This document shows positions 1 to 6,528 of a stretch of 6,986 nucleotides of DNA, piece by piece. Origin of the DNA: Octopus sinensis. Lineage: Eukaryota. A program made the translations under genes and the position numbers. How positions within the stretch are numbered: position 1 is the stretch's first letter; the number at the start of each line of letters is the position of its first letter. The stretch covers positions 1 to 6,986 of the forward strand of contig NW_021829067.1 in NCBI RefSeq assembly GCF_006345805.1. The letters run 5' to 3'. A model generated the notes under the pieces. That model was not told where the DNA came from, made no database searches, and saw nothing but the letters and a program-made list of their open reading frames with translations.

Positions 1-410
1 ACACACACTTACGTGCATGCCTGTAATATCTCATAACTTTGCATACGCGTGTGTATAGACATATATCGATGGCAGATGATTTATTTCCTGGAAATATTAC
101 AGTGTTATGCAGTAGGCCATGTTAAGATAGAGAGATTGTAAGACTTTTAAGCTGCCAAGAGAAGTAGGGCGAGGCTGGTTGGGCTCGGAATCGGTGCTAT
201 TGATCAGTATTTCATACTTCCATATCGTTACAAATCATCGACTGAAAAGGGCAAAAGTGTCGACAGAGCTGAGCAACTATGCTGTATGGCTTTTCTGTTC
301 ATGCTTCTTAAGTTCGTATCACGTTAAATGCCTGCTCTTAAAACGAAATCTTTCCGCTTCAGTAATCTCGTCTTGTGTAACATCCTCCCTAATCGCTTTT
401 ATTCTTATAG

Positions 411-473
411 GCGTAACTGTTGCGTTGAGGCTAATATAACGAAGATGAGGGTGAAGATGAGGGCGATTATAAG
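411..473 (+). other. Candidate spliced exon (63 nt) of an unidentified host gene, possibly containing the start codon
   Basis: Branch-point-like CCCTAAT at 387-393, pyrimidine tract CGCTTTTATTCTTAT, acceptor TAG|G at 408-411, and strong donor AAG|GTATGT at 471-479. The body is purine-rich with GAAGATGAGGG twice (441-451, 453-463). Only one frame is open (RNCCVEANITKMRVKMRAII, ending in phase 2), with ATG at 445. No recognisable homology. Confidence 0.5.
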
Positions 474-700
474 GTATGTAAGCAAAAGGAGGGAAAACGT
501 TGAGATGAGGAATTTCGTGTGTGTTATGGACGTTGTGCCTGACGGACATTAATAAAGGAAGGCAGTGTATGCGCATGTGTGTTATCTTTACAGTTTCTGA
601 AGTTTATTAATTAAACAAAGGATTATGGTTTGGTTACTTTCTAGGATTGAAACTAGATCGCTGTTTAAATGCAGAAGCATACCTGTTTTGTTCCATAATA

Positions 701-910
701 ATTCTTTCTAAGTATTGGTACAAAGCCATTAATTTTGAAAGGAGGAGACACATCGATAACAATGAATCCAGTGTACTTGGTTTATCTGCCTCACAAGGAT
801 AAAAGACAAACTGAACCTCGGTGGGATTTGAACTCACTATGTCAAGATCCGAAGGAAATGTCGCTAAGCATTTTGGCTAACGCGTTAAGAATTCTGCCAG
901 CTTGCTACCT
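701..910 (-). mobile_element. tRNA-derived SINE, family 1, tail type I, old diverged copy ('copy 1')
   Basis: The minus strand reads AGGTAGCAAGCTGGCAGAATTC (A-box-like head), then GAGTTCAAATCCC (B box, around 823-835), a degenerate central domain, and a GGCTTTGTACCAATACTTAGAAAGAAT tail. It aligns end to end with the better-preserved copies at 1028-1549 and 2061-2426. Confidence 0.8.
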
Positions 911-931
911 AGTTTTGCTCCTGCCATAATA

Positions 932-1027
932 ATAATCTCTCCCACTATAGGCACAAGTGCCAAGAATTTTGGGACAAGGGTATGGTCAATTGTATTCACC
1001 TTAACGTTTGACCGGTACTTCTTTTAT
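932..1027 (-). mobile_element. SINE family 1, copy X, 3' half (tail type I, ATT-repeat end)
   Basis: ATAATCTCTCCCACTATAGGCACAAG...GACCGGTACTTCTTTTAT is a diverged reverse complement of the family tail. It breaks off at the 16-bp TSD copy at 1012-1027 and resumes at 1418. Confidence 0.75.
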
Positions 1028-1198
1028 CCTTTTCTTCTCTAGGTACAAGGCCCGAAATTTTCTGGAGAGGGGATGGGGTCAGTCGTGTAGATCGACCCCA
1101 GTACGCAACTGGTACTTAATTTATAGACCCCGAAAGGAAGAAAGCAAAGTCGACCTTGGCGGAATTTGAACTCAGAACATAAAGACAGACGAAATACA
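1028..1198 (-). mobile_element. SINE family 1, copy A, 3' and central part (tail type I), inserted into copy X
   Basis: Contains the tail, the central GACCCCAGTACGCAACTGGTACTTAATTTATAGACCCCGAAAGG domain, and the B box GGAATTTGAAC at 1161-1171. It is interrupted after ACGAAATAC (1189-1197). Confidence 0.9.
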
Positions 1199-1358
1199 TA
1201 TTTCTTTACTACCCACAAGGGGCCAAACACAGAGGGGACAAACAAGACAGACAACGGATTAAGTCGATTACATCGACCCCAGTGCGTAACTGGTGCTTAT
1301 TTAATCGACCCCGAAAGGATGAAAGGCAAAGTCGACCTCGGCGGAATTTGAACCCAGA
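1199..1358 (-). mobile_element. SINE family 1, copy B, 5'-truncated (tail type II), inserted into copy A
   Basis: Reverse complement reads TCTGGGTTCAAATTCCGCCGAGGTCGACTTTGCCTTTCATCCTTTCGGGGTCG...GCCCCTTGTGGGTAGTAAAGAAATA, about 90% identical by hand alignment to copy D. It is flanked by ACGAAATAC at 1189-1197 and 1359-1367. Confidence 0.9.
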
Positions 1359-1417
1359 ACGAAATACCGTTAAGCATTTCGCCTGGTATGCTAACGTCTC
1401 TGCCAGCTCGCCGCCTT
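1359..1417 (-). mobile_element. SINE family 1, copy A, tRNA-like 5' head
   Basis: ACGAAATACCGTTAAGCATTTCGCCTGGTATGCTAACGTCTCTGCCAGCTCGCCGCCTT is the reverse complement of the family head AAGGCGGCGAGCTGGCAGA... (A box). Confidence 0.9.
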
Positions 1418-1549
1418 CCGGTACTTATTTTATGGTCCACGAAATGATGAAATACACAGTCGGAATTTGAACTCAGAACTTAAGTACAGACGAAATGTCG
1501 CTAAGCATTTCGCCCGGCGTGCTAACAACTCTGCCAGCTCGCCGCCTTC
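1418..1549 (-). mobile_element. SINE family 1, copy X, 5' half (rest of central domain plus tRNA-like head)
   Basis: Starts with the second TSD copy CCGGTACTTATTTTAT (1418-1433), has the B box GGAATTTGAAC at 1462-1472, and the head ends GCCAGCTCGCCGCCTT at 1548. Confidence 0.85.
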
Positions 1550-1626
1550 TTTTGCTCCTGTCATAATATTAAGACACATGTCTGAAAGTTTGTATGCAAA
1601 CAAACATGTCTGAAATTAATTGCATT

Positions 1627-1690
1627 TTATTTTATCGACCCCGAAATAATGAAAAGCAAAGTCGACATAGGTGGAATTTGAACTTAGAAC
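1627..1690 (-). mobile_element. SINE family 1 internal fragment (central domain plus B box)
   Basis: TTATTTTATCGACCCCGAAATAATGAAAAGCAAAGTCGACATAGGTGGAATTTGAACTTAGAAC aligns to the same segment in copies A and B. Head and tail are missing. Confidence 0.85.
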
Positions 1691-1696
1691 CGTCCA

Positions 1697-1954
1697 TGTC
1701 GAATCTCAGACCGGGCGATGTGTGTGCTTATGAGCGAAACATCTAAGCTCCACATGGTTCCGGCATAAGGTAAAGGCGAACTTCTGCTCTGACTCTTTCG
1801 CCACAACTACTAACTCTCACTCTTTCCCCTCCTGCATCTTGCCTTACCTGCGACGGACCGGCGTCCCCGTCCAGTGGGGAACCTATACGCCAAGGAACCA
1901 AGAAACCGGCCCTTATGAGCCGACATGGCTCGAGAAGGAACAAACAAACAACAA
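1697..1954 (+). mobile_element. Second SINE family, 5'-truncated, ending in an (A)ACA-repeat tail
   Basis: B-box-like GTCGAATCTC at 1698-1707, CORE-domain-like TGTGTGCTTATGAGCGAAACATCTAAGCTCC at about 1719-1751, V/Meta-domain-like CTGCGACGGACCGGCGTCCCCGTCCAGTGGGG at 1848-1879, and simple-repeat tail AACAAACAAACAACAA at 1939-1954. Domain names are from memory of SINE superfamily consensuses. Confidence 0.7.
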
Positions 1955-2060
1955 TGTAATACATTCTTTTACATGCGCGCATACATTGTATGAAAAATGT
2001 AGCGCGCAAAACTCCACATAACTAAAAAAACAAAACATAAGCTGGTATCCAACGAATACC

Positions 2061-2266
2061 AGCTGGCAGAAACGTTAGCATGCCGGGCGAAATACTTAGC
2101 GGTATTTCGTCTGCCGTTACGTTCTGAGTTCAAATTCCACCGAGGTCGACTTTGCCTTTCATCCTTTCAGGATCGATAAATTAAGTTACCAGTTACGCAC
2201 TGGGGTCGATGTAATCGACTTAATCCGTTTGTCTGTGTTTAGCCCCTTGTGGGTAGTAAAGAAATA
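2061..2266 (+). mobile_element. SINE family 1, copy C, near full length (tail type II)
   Basis: A box in AGCTGGCAGAAACGTTAGC, B box GTTCAAATTCC at 2128-2138, central domain, and tail ending GTAGTAAAGAAATA at 2266. A short internal tail deletion relative to copies B and D lies at CTGT microhomology. Confidence 0.92.
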
Positions 2267-2426
2267 GGTATTTCGTCTGCCGCTGAGGTCAACTTTAGCT
2301 TTCATCCTTTTGGGGTCGATTAAATAAGTACCAATTACGCACTGGGGTCGATATAATCGACTTAATCCGTTTGTCTGTCCTTGTTTGTCCCCTCCGTGTG
2401 TAGCCCCTTGTGGCAGTAAAGAAATA
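2267..2426 (+). mobile_element. SINE family 1, copy D, B-box-less (tail type II), tandem with copy C
   Basis: Begins GGTATTTCGTCTGCCG (same as 2101-2116), jumps directly to CTGAGGTCAAC and so lacks the B-box segment, and ends GAAATA at 2426. The C+D unit is flanked by GGTATCCAACGAA at 2044-2056 and 2427-2439. Confidence 0.9.
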
Positions 2427-3327
2427 GGTATCCAACGAAGATGAGGACAATGTAAATACAAGGACAGCGTTATTACCCAAAATGTGAAAATAAATGAAAA
2501 ATGGCATTAACCAAAACAGGGGGATACGTTTGTATGCAACATGCATACATTACCGTCACATACTATACTTTCGTAAAATGGAAATCACAACCTCCACATA
2601 TAATATACGGAGAAAAAAAAATCGTCCTTATCTAAAAGTGCATCTGGTTCGTTTCCAGAACTGAAAAAGCGATATCAGATACAGAAATAGAACAGTTAAG
2701 AAAGAAAATGAAATCAAACAACATAGAATGCAAACAACAGAAATAAGTACATTAATCTCAAACATGGAGAATATAAACTACAAACATTTGAAATACAGTG
2801 CATATAACAAAAGGCGATATAATTAAATCAAAACACACCTACAAAGTAATGACCAACGAAAGCCAAACCTGAACAACACAAACGATAATCAAATCAAATA
2901 GAGTATCAGAAAGATTTAAGTATATATAATTCTATGGATGGGAATTCTGCATGTGACAATAGTCTAATAGTAGGAATAGTTAAAATTAAAGTTGATTGAG
3001 GATATTTCTGAGAAGAAAACGGAAATTCCCCCAATAGAAAATAAGCTGCAATAAAATATAGCATAAACCTTGCCACTAGTGATTTACTGAAAGAGACTTG
3101 AACATCAATATCATGAAGATAAACCAAATGAAATATGTAGTTACAAAAGGAAGTGGCTATTGTATGGGACCTACTTATATAGGGAATATCAAAGCGCGAG
3201 AAAGAGAACGTAGAAAAGAAAACAAAAGAACTGAGACAAATAAAACAAAGAAAACCTAAAAAAAAAATCTCCGAGTCTTACATGAAATCAATAAAGAAAA
3301 CACAAATGAAAGTTAAATAAGACAGAT

Positions 3328-3480
3328 GAACACTACACACACATACCCCCACACATGTATATATATATATAGCATATATATATATATCTATATATATATA
3401 TATAATATGTGTGTGTGTGTGTGTGGTGTTTATGTAATATATGTATATATATATGTATATATTGTATATATATATATATG

Positions 3481-3525
<45 letters not shown>

Positions 3526-3677
3526 TGTGTTTGTGTGTATGTATATATATATGTATAATATATATGTATATATATGTAATATATATATATGTATATATTA
3601 TATATGTATATATATATATATATATTATATATATTATATGTGTGGTGTGTGTGTGGTGTGTGTGTGTGTAGTAGTTC
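3328..3677. repeat. Compound (TA)n microsatellite with (CA)n/(TG)n ends
   Basis: About 350 bp of interrupted TA repeats, with a CA-rich left end and TG-rich blocks near 3408-3427 and 3639-3669. Confidence 0.97.
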
Positions 3678-3918
3678 GTACTTTCTATATATATTAAAGT
3701 AGTACGCACGAGGACATAGAGATTAATTGACTTGATATTGTTATCAATCACATTATCAAATGAAACATCTAATCATGCTATCAGTCTTTATTGGTGAAAA
3801 CATTTCTCTAAAACAAATGGAAAATTTATACCAAAAACAAAAAAACAAAAAGAAATAAAGATAATCAGAATGAAGTATCACGAGCAATCTCTCAATAGTA
3901 TATGACTGGGAATTATTT

Positions 3919-3936
3919 AAAAAAAAAAAAAAAAAA
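3919..3936 (+). repeat. Poly(A)18 run
   Basis: 18 consecutive A residues. Confidence 0.9.
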
Positions 3937-5034
3937 CGTTTATACAAATATATAATTCAAATCTCATAACAAATACACAACGTACAGAATATGATATTAC
4001 TAGGGACTACAAACATATCAGATAGACGGATTTTTCTGCATGATAAATCCCAAAGAAATAAGATCCTACCGAGCGCAATTCTGGAAGTTTCAGGAATAAT
4101 GATTATAAGTTTTATCACTGTAATTATATACGGCAGAGAGAAAACTGGGGGATGCACCGGCCTGAACCTGGTTATCTAGCTAGTTAACATTCCATGTAAT
4201 GGGAGCTAGCTAGCAAAGTTATAACTCTTATTAACTAATCTTAAAATACACAGGTGGGTTTTATAGAGATGCTTTTATGTGAAAGCTCTCTCTCGAAGCG
4301 GGTATAAAAAACACATTTCTTCCGTTGATCACCATTTGCGTATTTTCCAACAGAAATAAAAATAAAACAGAAATAGAAAAAGGAATTACTTCGTAGAATA
4401 CCTATTCAACCTCACCATTATAACCTTAATAGCTAACTCTTTAAATTAATCAAGATTTTCCTCGACAGTACAAAGGTTATATAATTTTTATTTGCACAAA
4501 CCCTATAAATTCCTCTTGCGTTAACACTCCAAATTTTTACAAACAATAAAACCATTCATCCTTGCTACGTCGAACTCCCATAGTAGTTACCATTCCATCA
4601 ATAACTATTATTTTATCAACTCTAATACATGTTCTCTTGATTCCAACACTGTAGCTAGCGATACTTACAAATACACGATAATCAAATCTCTTTTGGTTTC
4701 ACCTTTAATCCGTTTCACAAAATAATACTTATAATTTTAGAAATCCACATAGAAATAATCGAACCTCATTATCTCGTTTCATCTAAAAATTGGAAAACTA
4801 GAAAAAAAATCCGCTCCCTAATCTGAAACAGAACAGTTAACCCAGGAAGAAATTTTTTTCACTGAATAACAAAGAGATCATATAATGTTTTGCTAAACCT
4901 AAAGCCTGGCTATACTCATTACACTAACTCTGACTCAAAGGCGAAATTCTAAACAAACACTTCAAAAGAATTCCTTCATGCAATCACAAAATACATAAAA
5001 CCTTCGTAAATTAAATTCATCTTTGATCTGTTAA

Positions 5035-5115
5035 ATCTCTCCATATGTATACTAATTCGGCCTCATTGTATTCCTATCTCTCATATGCATAGTAATTTGA
5101 CCTCATTGTATTCCT
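5035..5115 (+). repeat. Diverged tandem duplication, 2 x about 41 bp
   Basis: ATCTCTCCATATGTATACTAATTCGGCCTCATTGTATTCCT (5035-5075) versus ATCTCT-CATATGCATAGTAATTTGACCTCATTGTATTCCT (5076-5115): 4 mismatches and 1 indel. Confidence 0.9.
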
Positions 5116-5299
5116 CATTGTTCTACATAGTATGTAACATTGGATATTCTACCTAACTTTGAATCATTTCACACGGGTTACATCTAACGCTTGTACTTGT
5201 ACATCGCAACAAAAACATCGAATTTTAACCATTTCGCTTGAACTAGATACACATAATTTTACAATAACTTATTTATGAAAATAATTTCTTTCGCCTGTA

Positions 5300-5505
<206 letters not shown>

Positions 5506-5544
5506 ACTTTACAATATCGTTTAGGCATGCACTTTATATTCCAG

Positions 5545-5623
5545 CCAGTCTCTGATGAAGCTATTGACGTTGTTACTCAGGTACTCAACCATGAGTCCTC
5601 TGCGTCATATAGCAGAAACAGTT
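5545..5623 (+). other. Weak candidate coding exon
   Basis: Acceptor-like TTTATATTCCAG| at 5533-5544. Possible donors are CAG|GTACTC (after 5580) and GTT|GTAAGC (after 5623). This is a non-repetitive island between microsatellites with two open frames ([26 protein letters not shown] and [26 protein letters not shown]). Confidence 0.28.
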
Positions 5624-5678
5624 GTAAGCTAATGAAGTTCATAAGATAATTGTTTATTCCTTTGTCATCTAATTTTTT

Positions 5679-5723
5679 TGTATATATGTATGTATGTATT
5701 TATATATGTATATATACATATAT
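5679..5723. repeat. Short TA/TATG low-complexity tract
   Basis: TGTATATATGTATGTATGTATTTATATATGTATATATACATATAT. Confidence 0.8.
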
Positions 5724-6132
5724 TACTACACCTCTATATCACCTATCCTCCTTAAACCCCCCTTACCTTAGCTAAAAGCCTAACCAACATAACCTCCTTA
5801 GGAATTGATATAATTCTATCTGCCAGGCAGACCATCATATCCTCTGATAATAAGCTTTGGTCCCGTGATAACCTCAATACTAATAGAAGCAATTTTTTTA
5901 TATAACTATGGGCTGATCCAACTCCGCTCAGGTCACGGATCTAGTTGGGCTATACCTCGTTCGCTTTAAACGTCAAGGGCCTCGCTAAAACATTCTTTAA
6001 AATAGTAGAATCTAATTTCCTACGTAACCACAAGTATCATTCTATCTTTGATGTATATATAATATTATATATTATATATTTCGTGCTCTAGCATGATTAT
6101 CATTTATTTATCAATCATTCAATTATCACATA

Positions 6133-6528
6133 CTAGCAGTATCGCCCGGCGTTGCTCGGGTTTGTAAGGGAAATAACTATATAAGCATTTTTAGAGAGTT
6201 ATAGTAAAAAAATAGCAAAAAATGCATTAAAAATGGAAAAAAATTATGGTTAATTTTTTTAAAAAATCATTGACTCATCGTAGACATTTTTAGAGAGTTA
6301 CTTCCCTTATATAATAGCGAAAAAATGCATTAAAATAGAAAAAATGATGGTAATTTTTAAAAAAAATCGTAGACTCATCGTAGACGCGCGCTAATACCCA
6401 GAAGGGCTCGATATGAATCACAACTATAAGATACCCGGTTTTGGTTAAACTGCACCGCAAAGTGTGGGAGTAGTTAGGAATCTAAATCGTAGGAGACAGA
6501 CACACAACTTGACTTTTATATATAAAGA
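6133..6528 (-). mobile_element. Complete non-autonomous Helitron (396 bp)
   Basis: On the minus strand: A|TCTTTATATATAAAAG 5' end at 6528, TGTGTGTCTGTCTC mini-microsatellite near the 5' end, GC-rich hairpin CCCGAGCAACGCCGGG (6160-6145), then 8 nt and CTAG|T at 6133. It is inserted between A and T without a TSD. These are all canonical Helitron hallmarks. Confidence 0.9.
6187..6385 (+). repeat. Internal tandem duplication (2 x about 100 bp) inside the Helitron
   Basis: Units 6187-6285 and 6286-6385 both run ATTTTTAGAGAGTTA...AATAGC...AAAAATGCATTAAAA...GACTCATCGTAGAC. Confidence 0.9.

Noticed and set aside
319-576. Minus-strand 85-aa ORF with a protein-like tail (PIRIKAIREDVTQDEITEAERFRFK)
   Set aside because: No recognisable homology, and the splice signals are much stronger on the + strand at the same place.
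2061-2142. tRNA gene (A and B boxes present)
   Set aside because: I could not build a convincing cloverleaf, and the sequence continues directly into the SINE body in every copy.
700-2440. CRISPR-like or regular repeat-spacer array
   Set aside because: The repeats are 150-240-bp SINE bodies in both orientations with TSDs and irregular spacing. There are no cas genes and the context is eukaryotic.
438-2539. Isolated exact repeats AACGAAGATGAGG (438/2434), GTTTGTATGCAA (1588/2528) and ACATGTCTGAAA (1576/1604)
   Set aside because: Matches of 12-13 nt are near chance expectation in 7 kb of biased sequence and bound no coherent element.
735-2546. Short ORFs sharing peptides such as NGLSRLxRPQCVxGxYLIDPxRMK
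   Set aside because: The similarity comes from homologous non-coding SINE copies, not from a gene family.
2700-3127. Mitochondrial insertion (hydrophobic minus-strand ORF 2906-3127, extendable if TGA=Trp)
   Set aside because: The translation under the invertebrate mitochondrial code resembles no mitochondrial protein I recognise. The hydrophobicity is explained by T-richness.
3278-3751. ORFs of 157, 123 and 76 aa rich in I/Y/C/V/H/T
   Set aside because: They are translations of the (TA)n/(CA)n/(TG)n array, which lacks stop codons in those frames.
4133-4162. Polypurine tract followed by TG (LTR start), or a hAT-like GGGATGCACCG terminus
   Set aside because: No second LTR, primer-binding site, matching inverted terminus or TSD was found in the window.
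5702-5723. Perfect 22-nt palindrome ATATATGTATATATACATATAT
   Set aside because: Expected by-product of TA low-complexity sequence.
5721-5800. G-poor tract (2 G in 80 nt) with CCTAACC-like words, considered as degenerate telomeric repeat or G-quadruplex
   Set aside because: There are no tandem TTAGGG units and mostly only GG runs on the minus strand, so the evidence is insufficient.
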